A stretch of DNA of 64,000 nt, from assembly GCA_964579795.1 (NCBI GenBank), contig CAZOHM010000012.1, positions 244 through 64,243 of the forward strand, written 5' to 3'. Every line of letters begins with the position of its first letter. The first letter of the stretch is position 1. The notes beneath the pieces were generated by a model. The model was not told where the DNA came from. It made no database searches and saw only the letters and a program-made list of their open reading frames with translations. Source of the DNA: an uncultured Lachnospiraceae bacterium. GTDB lineage: Bacteria; Bacillota; Clostridia; Lachnospirales; Lachnospiraceae. The position numbers were made by a program, and so were the translations under genes. This document shows positions 18,895 to 27,113 of the stretch, one piece after another.

Positions 18895-19320
18895 CTATTT
18901 TATTTTCTGTATGTAATTATAGGCAAACTGAATTGCTTTACATGTCAGATTCTCACACATATGTGGTGGATCCGACTCACTAAATCCTGTTGGTCTTAAA
19001 TCATAACATCCAAGAGACCCAAATGCCTCATGAAAAGCCTCAGCATAATGATAACAAAGTTTGATTATTTCTTCCTCTGTTTTTCCAAGCTGTATGCCAT
19101 ACACTCCTAAAAACATCAATCCACCTTCTACCAGGCCGCACTGTGCACGGTATCCGCCTGCACCATGCAGTCCGATTGCAGAATTTACTGTCTGTTGTTC
19201 AATATCTACCTGAAACAGTCTTCCAAGTGATAACAGCATTGTTCTTGCACAATTAATATCCCTGTCCCAATAAAATTCGTGTACATATTCTGCTATCTTT
19301 GTTTCATTATTTAATTCCAT
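18895..19320 (-). CDS. C_GCAxxG_C_C family protein (putative redox-active)
   Basis: 141 aa. The pattern NCARTML ... GAGGYRAQCGLVEGGLMFLG ... CENLTC fits the family as I recall it. Confidence 0.7.
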   Translation of the reverse strand: MELNNETKIAEYVHEFYWDRDINCARTMLLSLGRLFQVDIEQQTVNSAIGLHGAGGYRAQCGLVEGGLMFLGVYGIQLGKTEEEIIKLCYHYAEAFHEAFGSLGCYDLRPTGFSESDPPHMCENLTCKAIQFAYNYIQKIK

Positions 19321-19348
19321 CGTATTTTCATCCTTCTTTTGTATTTTA

Positions 19349-19383
19349 AAGGTCTGTCAACATCCCAAATGCTGACAGACCTT
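19349..19383 (-). terminator. Terminator hairpin about 100 nt downstream of deoD
   Basis: 11-bp stem AAGGTCTGTCA/TGACAGACCTT, followed on the minus strand by TTAAAATAC. Confidence 0.6.
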
Positions 19384-19482
19384 CATGATATCTATGACAT
19401 TTCATACAGATAGTATTTGTTTCCGGATCATAATACCATTTCTGGACATAAGCCTTATTCATCCAAGTCTATATCTGTGTGA

Positions 19483-20184
19483 TTATAATTCCAGTGCTAC
19501 CTTCATCATATTTCCAAATCCGGTCTGTCGATCCTCTGAAGACAGCGATTTATGCTGATATAAATGATCCGAAATAGTAAGCATACAAAGTGCATTCTTT
19601 CCGGCCTTAGCTGCATTCATATAAAGTGCTGCTGCTTCCATCTCAACCGCCAGTACACCCATGCTTCTCCATTTATCATTTACGGAATCATCCGGATTAT
19701 AAAATACATCTGATGATAATACATTTCCAACACGAACAGGTACGTTCAGTTTTTCTGCTGCCTGAACAGCCTTATTCAGTAATGCAAAGTTTGCTATTGG
19801 TGCAAACGTTCCTGGAAGACCAAACTGATATGCATAATTAGAGTCTGTACATGTACCCATTGCAATAACCAGATCCTTCAGCTGAATATCATCCTGCAAT
19901 GCGCCTGCGGAGCCAATTCTGATAATTGTATCCACATCATAAATATTGAACAGCTCATATGTATAAATACCTACTGACGGCATACCCATTCCGCCACCCA
20001 TAACAGAAATTTTCTTTTTTTGATAGGTTCCTGTATATCCGAACATGTTTCGAACAGTGTTAAAGCATATCGGATTTTCAAGATATGTTTCTGCAATATA
20101 CTTTGCCCGCAATGGATCACCCGGCATTAAAACTGTTTTTGCTATATCACCTTTTTGTGCATCATTATGTGGAGTCATTCCCAT
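19483..20184 (-). CDS. deoD: Purine nucleoside phosphorylase, DeoD type
   Basis: TPHNDAQKGDIAKTVLMPGDPLRAKYIAE N-terminus and the C-terminal EMEAAALY motif. Confidence 0.9.
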   Translation of the reverse strand: MGMTPHNDAQKGDIAKTVLMPGDPLRAKYIAETYLENPICFNTVRNMFGYTGTYQKKKISVMGGGMGMPSVGIYTYELFNIYDVDTIIRIGSAGALQDDIQLKDLVIAMGTCTDSNYAYQFGLPGTFAPIANFALLNKAVQAAEKLNVPVRVGNVLSSDVFYNPDDSVNDKWRSMGVLAVEMEAAALYMNAAKAGKNALCMLTISDHLYQHKSLSSEDRQTGFGNMMKVALEL

Positions 20185-20198
20185 AGTCCTTCACCTCA

Positions 20199-20978
20199 TT
20201 ATTTATTCTGATCTTGCTTGATTAACTCTCTGATTGCGTCTACTGCCACTCTAATTGCCAGCTCTGTATCATGTGCCTGTGGATTTGAAAGTCCCATCTT
20301 AGCACGTTCCTGATTTGCAACGACTAAAAAACAGGATCCGACACGAACTCTCAAAAAACTACCTGCAATAAACAGCGCAGCTGATTCCATTTCAGATGCA
20401 AGACATCCCATGCGAAGCCATGCCTCCCACTTGTTCTGCAGTTCATAACTGACCGGCATAATCTCCGGCTCATGCTGTCCAAAAAAGGAATCCTTGCATT
20501 GTACAACACCTACGTGATAATTGTATTTCTTTTGCTCTGCTGCATGAATCAGCGCATTCATTACCTTTACATCCGGTACTGCCGGATACTCAATTGGCGC
20601 AAACTCTCGGCTTGTACCTTCCATACGGATTGCTCCGTTTGCAATTACGATATCTCCGCCACATACACTCTCCTGCATGCCACCACATGTACCAACTCGA
20701 ATGAATGTATCTGCACCACATTTAGATAGCTCTTCAATAGCAATTGATGCAGATGGGCCGCCTATTCCAGTAGAGGTCACACTCACCTTTTCTCCTTCGA
20801 GAGTTCCTGTGTATGTCACATATTCCCGTACATCTGAAATCAACTGGGCATTTTGAAAATGCTCTGCTATTTTTTTGCATCTTTTCGGATCTCCGGGCAG
20901 AATTACGTATTTACCAATATCTCCAGGACCAACCCCCGTATGGTACTGCTTTCCAGAACCTTCTGTATAATCTACCAT
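20199..20978 (-). CDS. Uridine/nucleoside phosphorylase (PNP_UDP_1 family)
   Basis: [18 protein letters not shown] ... [15 protein letters not shown] ... EMESAALF. Start taken at ATG 20978 (MVDYTEG). Confidence 0.8.
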   Translation of the reverse strand: MVDYTEGSGKQYHTGVGPGDIGKYVILPGDPKRCKKIAEHFQNAQLISDVREYVTYTGTLEGEKVSVTSTGIGGPSASIAIEELSKCGADTFIRVGTCGGMQESVCGGDIVIANGAIRMEGTSREFAPIEYPAVPDVKVMNALIHAAEQKKYNYHVGVVQCKDSFFGQHEPEIMPVSYELQNKWEAWLRMGCLASEMESAALFIAGSFLRVRVGSCFLVVANQERAKMGLSNPQAHDTELAIRVAVDAIRELIKQDQNK

Positions 20979-21068
20979 TTTCCCATCCCCTTTACATAGA
21001 TTGATACTCTTTATCATAATGTAAAATTGCTGTTTTGTCTATTATCTATCAAAGCCGAAGGGATTCTG

Positions 21069-21293
21069 TTATTCAAAATCATCGGGTTTCTTTTCAAATG
21101 CTGACTCTGCCAGCTCAACAAATGAGTTTTGACGTGGTATCGCAATTCCCTTTTTTTCATCGCCCAGTACAATAATGGTATCTCCCGGATGAATATCAAA
21201 GATGTCTCGTGCTTCCTTCGGAATCACAAACTGACCTTTCTCACCTATTTTCACTGTCCAGGCATATTTCCCTTTCAAAGACGCCTTTGGCAT
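21069..21293 (-). CDS. AbrB/MazE/SpoVT-family DNA-binding protein
   Basis: SpoVT-AbrB looped-hinge motif GQFVIPKEARDIFDIHPGDTIIV. ATG at 21293 lies 7 nt after GGAGG. Confidence 0.75.
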   Translation of the reverse strand: MPKASLKGKYAWTVKIGEKGQFVIPKEARDIFDIHPGDTIIVLGDEKKGIAIPRQNSFVELAESAFEKKPDDFE

Positions 21294-21348
21294 GCTGTAT
21301 CCTCCTGTCATTGACCAATGTATGATTTGTATAACTCGTGTAACATCT

Positions 21349-21377
21349 ATTCTATTTTCTTTTCACATACTTGTCAA
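21349..21377 (-). promoter_or_regulatory. Sigma-A promoter in front of the AbrB-like gene
   Basis: Minus strand TTGACA(21377-21372)-17 nt-TAGAAT(21354-21349), immediately after the stop of the second ArsA-like gene. Confidence 0.6.
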
Positions 21378-21387
21378 CACACAGCAT

Positions 21388-22548
21388 CTATTGTTTGGCA
21401 TAATTGATAACAAGATAACCCTGCTCAAATTTTGCCCCCTCTGTTTCCATTCCAACAAACTCCTTTGGAAGCTGAAATCGGCGTACCTCATTCTTCACTT
21501 TAATTACCAGCTCCTTTTCTACCTGTTCGAGTTTCATTTCCTCTTTATTTGCAAACGGAAGATATATCCTGATTAATGCATGCTCATAATCAATTTCATA
21601 TAAAGTCTCTTTAAACAGAACCTCATTCGGATCTGTATCACCATACAGACTGCTTCCTATTTCCGATAATACATCAACTGTACGCAGCTCTTTTTTTTGA
21701 AGCTCTACATAAAAGCAAGGCACCTCGCTGAAGCATTCTCTTATTTCGTTCAGTCCTTTCTCCTGCATCTGCAGCCATTTACTGAAATATCCTTGCATTG
21801 CTTCATTCGGATAAATCCTGTTAACAATAATTGCATCGACATTATAATTATATAAATACAAACATGTAAAATTACGCTTTGCTTCACTGATTACAATCTT
21901 TTCAGGCGTTGTTACAACACGCAGACTGACAATATCCTTGTTCAGCATAAGCTTCTGTAATCGTCCCATTTTATCCATCAGTGTCTCTACATCATCAAAG
22001 ATATCATCCTTTGGCATAGGTATTTTCATAGTTTTTTCTACAATGGGTCCTGCTACCTTGACACCCATACGTTTGATTGGAAGCACCTTTTCCATAAAAC
22101 CAGACAGCTTTTCCGGATATTTCAACAGTGACAGCGTTTCACCTGTTGGCGCACAGTCCACAATCAGCGTATCATAATCTCCGCTTTCATATTCATCCAG
22201 TATCCGGAACATGGAAAACAGTTCTTCAAGTCCCGGAAACACCAATAGCTCTTCAACTTCAATTCCACCGTCCTGCCGAACCGTCAAAAGCTGTTTGAAA
22301 TAATCCTTTAACTTTCCCCAGCTCTTTTCACTTTCATATACAGTATCAATTTCCAATGCAGAAAGATTATCACAGATTTTCTGCGGTTCCTTACCAAGCT
22401 TACAGTCAAATGAATCTCCAAGAGAATGCGCCTGATCTGTACTCATAATTAATACGCGTTTTCCGCTTTTTGCTATTTCCAGTGCACTTGCGGCTGCCAT
22501 ACTGGTTTTACCTACTCCACCTTTTCCTGTATAAATAATGATTCTCAT
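21388..22548 (-). CDS. ArsA/Get3(TRC40)-family ATPase with C-terminal HSP20-like domain, paralog 2
   Basis: Deviant Walker A GKGGVGKT, STDQAHSLGD, DCAPTGETLSLL. The C-terminal beta-rich segment (IRIYLPFANKEEMKLEQVEKELVIKVKNEVRRFQLP) is alpha-crystallin-like. ATG at 22548 lies 8 nt after GGAGG. Confidence 0.85.
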   Translation of the reverse strand: MRIIIYTGKGGVGKTSMAAASALEIAKSGKRVLIMSTDQAHSLGDSFDCKLGKEPQKICDNLSALEIDTVYESEKSWGKLKDYFKQLLTVRQDGGIEVEELLVFPGLEELFSMFRILDEYESGDYDTLIVDCAPTGETLSLLKYPEKLSGFMEKVLPIKRMGVKVAGPIVEKTMKIPMPKDDIFDDVETLMDKMGRLQKLMLNKDIVSLRVVTTPEKIVISEAKRNFTCLYLYNYNVDAIIVNRIYPNEAMQGYFSKWLQMQEKGLNEIRECFSEVPCFYVELQKKELRTVDVLSEIGSSLYGDTDPNEVLFKETLYEIDYEHALIRIYLPFANKEEMKLEQVEKELVIKVKNEVRRFQLPKEFVGMETEGAKFEQGYLVINYAKQ

Positions 22549-22565
22549 CACAATATCCTCCATTC

Positions 22566-22814
22566 TTATAAAATATCTACTTTTTTGGCATGACTCTTTT
22601 CTCTGTTCTTTTCTTTGTTTTCTTCTTCGTCCGTATCAAAGCTGCCGTTTCCTTGTTCCATAACCATTTCCATTACTGACTCCATAAACATCGCCTTTAT
22701 TTCCTTCTCTATTACATCCAGATGTTCACTCATTTCCTCTGGAAACAAGGCACGAAGTGCTTTTCTCTGATATCTGCCGGCTATTTTCATTCTCTTCATC
22801 ATTTCTTTATTCAT
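22566..22814 (-). CDS. Small Met-rich protein of unknown function between the two ArsA-like genes
   Basis: 82 aa from ATG 22814, which overlaps the upstream TAA stop (ATGAATAA). 10 Met in 82 residues, including MFMESVMEMVME. Basic N-terminus and acidic/charged tail. Confidence 0.55.
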   Translation of the reverse strand: MNKEMMKRMKIAGRYQRKALRALFPEEMSEHLDVIEKEIKAMFMESVMEMVMEQGNGSFDTDEEENKEKNREKSHAKKVDIL

Positions 22815-23979
22815 GGCTGCTCCTTTCGAATTGAATGCCAAGTACTCCATCTGTAAGTTTTGCTCCTGTTATAGAATAGCTTCTAAGTACATTTGGCAAT
22901 GGAATATTTCTTTTATAATTATTAATCTTAATTACAACATCTGTTGTCGACTGAAACAGATCAAGATTCTCTTTATCTACAAATGGTACCGGCACTTCAA
23001 GCAAATAGCCTTTTTCATTCTGTGTAAATACTTCTCTTTGTGTAATGGAATTTATTTGAAATACGATATCTCCCTGTAATGCATCCTTTATCATACGCTC
23101 AATTGCTTCTTTTCCCTTTAATTCCTCGTCATACCACGGAATCTCATATATCGGAAGTGCTGCAAAGCTTTCCTTAATTTCCTTTATATATTTTTTCTGA
23201 ATCAGCAGCCATTGTGAAAAAAACTTATTTTCAATATCTTTTGGTAATATTCTGTTTATATAAATTCCGTCAACATTGAAATTATAAAGATTCATATACA
23301 TAAAATTACGTTTTGTTTCTTCAACAACCATTTTCTCCGGTGTTGTTACTATTCGTACACTTGTTGTTTCTCTGTCCTTAAATAAGTTCTGCAGTTCCGA
23401 TAGCTTTACATACATCTTTTCAATATCATTCATAGCTGTTTTGTTTGGTAGCTCCACCTTGAATGCAGCCTTAGATATAGGGGAAAGCAGCCTAACTGCA
23501 ACCTTTCCGATAGGAAACAGCTTTTCCATATACCATGACAGCAGCTCCGGAAACTTCAGTAACGAAAGCGTTTCACCTGTTGGTGCACAATCTACAAAAA
23601 TTCTATCGTATGTTCCTTCATTTTGAATATCTGCTATTTTTAATAAGGAAAACAGTTCTTCCATTCCGGGCATCATACCCATATCGCTTAAATCGTCACC
23701 CTCTGTTTGAGGAAGCATTTTCGTCAAACAATCAAGCATACTCTGGTAATCCTGCTGCATAACATATTCCGGATCTATTTCATATGCATCCAAATTTGTT
23801 AAAATATTCTTTGGCTCTTTTCCTAAAATCATGCCAAATATGTCACCAAGATTATGTGCCATATCTGTGCTGACAAGCAGTGTACGTTTTCCCTCCTGGG
23901 CACTTTTTATTGCATGAGCTGTTGCCACGCTGCTTTTCCCTACTCCGCCTTTTCCGGTAAAAATATAAATTCTGCTCAT
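22807..23979 (-). CDS. ArsA/Get3(TRC40)-family ATPase with C-terminal HSP20-like domain, paralog 1
   Basis: GKGGVGKS, STDMAHNLGD, DCAPTGETLSLL, and the Met-rich loop DMGMMPGMEELF. C-terminal LLEVPVPFVDKENLDLFQSTTDVVIKINNYKRNIPLP is alpha-crystallin-like. Has an RBS (GAGGAAAAGG). Confidence 0.85.
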   Translation of the reverse strand: MSRIYIFTGKGGVGKSSVATAHAIKSAQEGKRTLLVSTDMAHNLGDIFGMILGKEPKNILTNLDAYEIDPEYVMQQDYQSMLDCLTKMLPQTEGDDLSDMGMMPGMEELFSLLKIADIQNEGTYDRIFVDCAPTGETLSLLKFPELLSWYMEKLFPIGKVAVRLLSPISKAAFKVELPNKTAMNDIEKMYVKLSELQNLFKDRETTSVRIVTTPEKMVVEETKRNFMYMNLYNFNVDGIYINRILPKDIENKFFSQWLLIQKKYIKEIKESFAALPIYEIPWYDEELKGKEAIERMIKDALQGDIVFQINSITQREVFTQNEKGYLLEVPVPFVDKENLDLFQSTTDVVIKINNYKRNIPLPNVLRSYSITGAKLTDGVLGIQFERSSHE

Positions 23980-24029
23980 ATCCTTTTCCTCTTTTCTTTC
24001 TATAAATTCATTTTTAATTTCATTGTGCG

Positions 24030-24052
24030 AATATTTCGATTTCCGAAGTATT
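24030..24052. promoter_or_regulatory. Inverted repeat AATATTTCG-N5-CGAAGTATT upstream of ArsA-like paralog 1 (candidate MarR operator)
   Basis: Read directly. It has the same half-site and 5-nt spacing as the palindrome at 24599-24617. Confidence 0.55.
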
Positions 24053-24099
24053 TGTTCAATGAAAAGACAGCCTTTAAAACTGCCCTTTCAATACTACAC

Positions 24100-24597
24100 T
24101 TATTCAATTGTAATCCTTCGCACCTTTTTTTGAAGTACATCCTTCTTATGCTCTTTTTTAAGTACGTCCATCACCTTATTCATCATTCGATAAAATATGT
24201 CCATCTCTTCCTTAGAAAATGAAGTCAATATCTGTACTCCATAATATGTCAGCTCCTCAACAAGAGCCTGAACCTGCGCCTTCCCCTTCTCATTGAGCTT
24301 GACTGTAACCACCCGCTTGTCCTCAGGAGATCTGAACCTCAACACGAGCTCATTCTTTTCCATGCGGGCAATTACTCCGGTAGCCGTGTTGAGCGGCACA
24401 TGAATATACTCTGCAATCTCGGACATATTCACTTCTTCCCTTCGGTACAAAAGCCAAAGTACAAGCACCTCATTCTTGGAGCAGTTCAGTAGAATGTTTT
24501 CCCACATTTGTGGTGAGAGTAGATCCTTTATCTCATCTATGAACTGATAAATATCCTTTTTCATATTCTGTTCGTCAATCATTATCTCTGTCTCCAT
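24100..24597 (-). CDS. MarR-family transcriptional regulator
   Basis: Winged-HTH core NMSEIAEYIHVPLNTATGVIARMEKNELVLRFRSPEDKRVVTVKLNEKG. ATG at 24597 is preferred over the track's TTG at 24651. Confidence 0.85.
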   Translation of the reverse strand: METEIMIDEQNMKKDIYQFIDEIKDLLSPQMWENILLNCSKNEVLVLWLLYRREEVNMSEIAEYIHVPLNTATGVIARMEKNELVLRFRSPEDKRVVTVKLNEKGKAQVQALVEELTYYGVQILTSFSKEEMDIFYRMMNKVMDVLKKEHKKDVLQKKVRRITIE

Positions 24598-24598
24598 A

Positions 24599-24617
24599 TA
24601 CTTCGTCCTTCGAAGTA
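24599..24617. promoter_or_regulatory. Perfect palindrome TACTTCG-N5-CGAAGTA abutting the MarR start codon (candidate auto-operator)
   Basis: Read directly. A further CCGAAGTATTT copy lies at 24632-24642. Confidence 0.6.
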
Positions 24618-24735
24618 ATTTAATTCTATCACCGAAGTATTTTTGTGTCAAGTATTTTTTTTCCTAATTTTATATCATCAAACAATCGCGCAAACCCACC
24701 TGCATAACAGGTAAATTTTAAATAATATCCTTACC

Positions 24736-24773
24736 ATAAAAACACCTCCATATAAACCTGTCATATGGAGGTG
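24736..24773 (-). terminator. Rho-independent terminator of the isomerase operon
   Basis: 11-bp stem CACCTCCATAT/ATATGGAGGTG, followed on the minus strand by TTTTTAT. Confidence 0.8.
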
Positions 24774-24809
24774 CTCATTATACTATTCTATTTTACTATA
24801 CAGCTGCTA

Positions 24810-26294
24810 TTAGCAAAATGGATTCTCTGTCTTATAACGCATTTCCTTTGGCTGATTGTAACCAATCTCATCAACATCAACTCCGATGTATTTGAATACC
24901 TCATAAAGAGATTTTCCATAGTGTCCAAATGCAACAGCACCATGATGTGGATAATTTCCTTCAATCAATACATGACGATAGAAACGTCCCATCTCTGGAA
25001 TTGCAAATACACCAATACCACCAAATGACTTTGTAGCAACTGGAAGAACCTCACCATGAGCGATATATCCACGAAGCTTGTTATCTGCTGTGCTTTGCAG
25101 TCTGTAGAATGTGATATCACCAGGAACAATATCACCTTCCAATGTACCCTGTGTAACTTCCTCAGGCAGATTTCTTGCCATAATCTTCTGATACTTCATA
25201 GAGCATGCTGCCAGCTTCTTTGAGCAGGTGTTTCCACAATGGAAGCCCATAAATGTATCTTTATGAGTATAATTGTATTTGCCCTTGATTGCCTCATCAT
25301 ACATATCATCAGGAACAGAATTATTAATATCAAGCAATGTTACAATATCATCACTGACACAAGTACCAATGTACTCACTCAATGCTCCATAAATATCAAC
25401 CTCACAGGATACAGGGATTCCGCGTCCTGTCAAACGGCTGTTAACATAACATGGAACAAATCCAAACTGTGTCTGGAATGCAGGCCAGCATTTTCCGGCA
25501 ATAGCAACATGCTTTCTGTATCCCTTATGTGCCTCTATCCAGTCAAGTAATGTGATTTCATACTGTGCAAGCTTTGGAAGTACTTCTGGCTTCATATTGC
25601 CCTTACCAAGCTCAGACTCCATATCCTTTACTACATCCGGAATACGTGGATCATTATCATGCTTCTTAAATGCTTCAAACAAATCAAGTTCTGAATTTTC
25701 TTCAATTTCAACACCAAGATTGTAAAGCTGTTTAATTGGTGCATTACAAGCAAGGAAGTTAAGAGGTCTAGGACCAAAGCTGATAATCTTTAAGTCTGAA
25801 AGACCAATGATACCACGTGCAATAGGAACAAACTCATTAATCATATCTGCACATTCATCTGCAGTACCAACCGGATATTCCGGAATATAAGCCTTAATAT
25901 TGCGAAGTGCAAGATTGTAGCTTGCATTCAGCATACCACAATAAGCATCTCCTCTTCCGTCCGAAAGATCATTCTGTGATTCCTCAGCTGCTGCGATAAA
26001 CATTGATGGTCCATCAAAATGTTTTGCAAGTAAAGTTTCAGAAATTTCAGGACCAAAATTTCCAAGATATACACAAAGTGCGTTACATCCTGCCTTCTTG
26101 ATATCCTCAAGTGCCTGTACCATATGAATTTCACTTTCTACGATACAGATTGGGCACTCATAAATATCTGCTGCATTATATTTCTTTGTATAAGATGCAA
26201 TTAAGGCTTTACGTCTGTTAACTGACAATGACTCTGGAAAACAGTCACGTGATACTGCTACAATACCGATTTTTACTTTTGGAATATTATTCAT
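24810..26294 (-). CDS. L-fucose isomerase-family sugar isomerase (substrate unknown)
   Basis: 494 aa. N-terminal KIGIVAVSRDCFPESLS and overall FucI-like organisation as I recall the family. AGGAGG RBS. Confidence 0.75.
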   Translation of the reverse strand: MNNIPKVKIGIVAVSRDCFPESLSVNRRKALIASYTKKYNAADIYECPICIVESEIHMVQALEDIKKAGCNALCVYLGNFGPEISETLLAKHFDGPSMFIAAAEESQNDLSDGRGDAYCGMLNASYNLALRNIKAYIPEYPVGTADECADMINEFVPIARGIIGLSDLKIISFGPRPLNFLACNAPIKQLYNLGVEIEENSELDLFEAFKKHDNDPRIPDVVKDMESELGKGNMKPEVLPKLAQYEITLLDWIEAHKGYRKHVAIAGKCWPAFQTQFGFVPCYVNSRLTGRGIPVSCEVDIYGALSEYIGTCVSDDIVTLLDINNSVPDDMYDEAIKGKYNYTHKDTFMGFHCGNTCSKKLAACSMKYQKIMARNLPEEVTQGTLEGDIVPGDITFYRLQSTADNKLRGYIAHGEVLPVATKSFGGIGVFAIPEMGRFYRHVLIEGNYPHHGAVAFGHYGKSLYEVFKYIGVDVDEIGYNQPKEMRYKTENPFC

Positions 26295-26322
26295 CCTTAT
26301 ATCCTCCTAATAAGATTTCATA

Positions 26323-26937
26323 TTATACACTAAGATTTTCTCCGATCAGTCCATTGAATGCGCCCTCAATTGCTGCATCCTTATGTCCAATCAACCATTT
26401 GTTTCTTGCAAATAGCAGTTTGTCCTCTGCTGTATATTCCTTACCTTTTTCAATGTCTGTGTTTGTTCCCTTAGGAAGAATTACAACAACTCTGAATCGA
26501 TTACCGTTCACGTTGCAAGGTGCATAATGAAGTGTTGTTGCATAACATTCTACTGCTGTTCCAGCCGGAATCAAAAAGGCTTCCATTTTGGATGTATCAT
26601 AAGTCAAATCATCCGTAATATCCTGTTCACTTCCCCATATCAATATCGCATCTGTCACTGCAATATTGATTTCAGAATCCTTATGATACTCTACTGCATT
26701 CAGCAATGTGTTATTTCCATTACAGTATCCAATCTGTATAGGCATACCACCATACAGACTCTCTGCAACAGCTTTTGCCTCAGGGCATGCTTCCAATTCA
26801 GAAACCGATGGAACATAAACAACATCCTCCGGCAAGGGAGTGTTTCCCATTTCCTTAATAATGTTACTGAAATCAATGCCTTTGATGACCTTTCCATACT
26901 TTCTGAAGGATGGGTCATTTACACTCAAAATCTTCAT
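26323..26937 (-). CDS. DUF4867-family protein
   Basis: 204 aa from ATG 26937 (AAGGAG 8 nt upstream). MKILSVNDPSFRKYGKV N-terminus resembles DUF4867. Lies 28 nt upstream of the isomerase gene. Confidence 0.65.
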   Translation of the reverse strand: MKILSVNDPSFRKYGKVIKGIDFSNIIKEMGNTPLPEDVVYVPSVSELEACPEAKAVAESLYGGMPIQIGYCNGNNTLLNAVEYHKDSEINIAVTDAILIWGSEQDITDDLTYDTSKMEAFLIPAGTAVECYATTLHYAPCNVNGNRFRVVVILPKGTNTDIEKGKEYTAEDKLLFARNKWLIGHKDAAIEGAFNGLIGENLSV

Positions 26938-26962
26938 AAACCGAACTCCTTTCATTTATTTG

Positions 26963-26979
26963 TTCAATCACTAAACTAA
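26963..26979. promoter_or_regulatory. 17-mer TTCAATCACTAAACTAA upstream of the DUF4867-isomerase operon (candidate ROK operator)
   Basis: 15 of 17 positions match the reverse complement of 29737-29753. Lies 26 nt upstream of the start codon. Confidence 0.6.
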
Positions 26980-27031
26980 CTATTAACATGCTACCACTTG
27001 TTGCATATACAGTCAAGTTGTTTTCATATTT

Positions 27032-27060
27032 GTTTACTTATTAAACTTTATACGCTATAA
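27032..27060 (+). promoter_or_regulatory. ROK gene promoter region with palindrome GTTTA-N5-TAAAC and a TATAAT box
   Basis: GTTTACTTATTAAAC at 27032-27046 and TATAAT at 27055-27060. The palindrome covers the expected -35 position. Confidence 0.5.
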
Positions 27061-27113
27061 TAAAAAACACAGTCTGCATACATTTAACTGTACTTTAATT
27101 GAGGAGAGTTTAC

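Noticed and set aside
19349-19462. 36-aa ORF (MNKAYVQKWYYDPETNTICMKCHRYHEGLSAFGMLTDL) just downstream of deoD on the minus strand
   Set aside because: It has no Shine-Dalgarno sequence, and its last 11 codons are the terminator hairpin. The CxxC...H pattern is suggestive but is not enough to call a gene. It would need Ribo-seq.
21388-23979. Arsenite efflux ATPase (arsA) annotation for the two ATPases
   Set aside because: There is no arsR, arsB, arsC or arsD in the window. The metalloid-binding cysteines are absent. These are two separate half-size genes with HSP20-like tails, not a fused A1-A2 ArsA.
24598-24651. Longer N-terminal extensions given by the ORF track. Examples: MarR from 24651, hydrolase from 52375, membrane protein from 55781, PPK2 from 46513, chrA from 16692, oxidoreductase from 48250.
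   Set aside because: These start at TTG or GTG codons, or lack an RBS. They also run through operators or terminators. Internal ATGs with well-spaced GGAGG-type sites were preferred.
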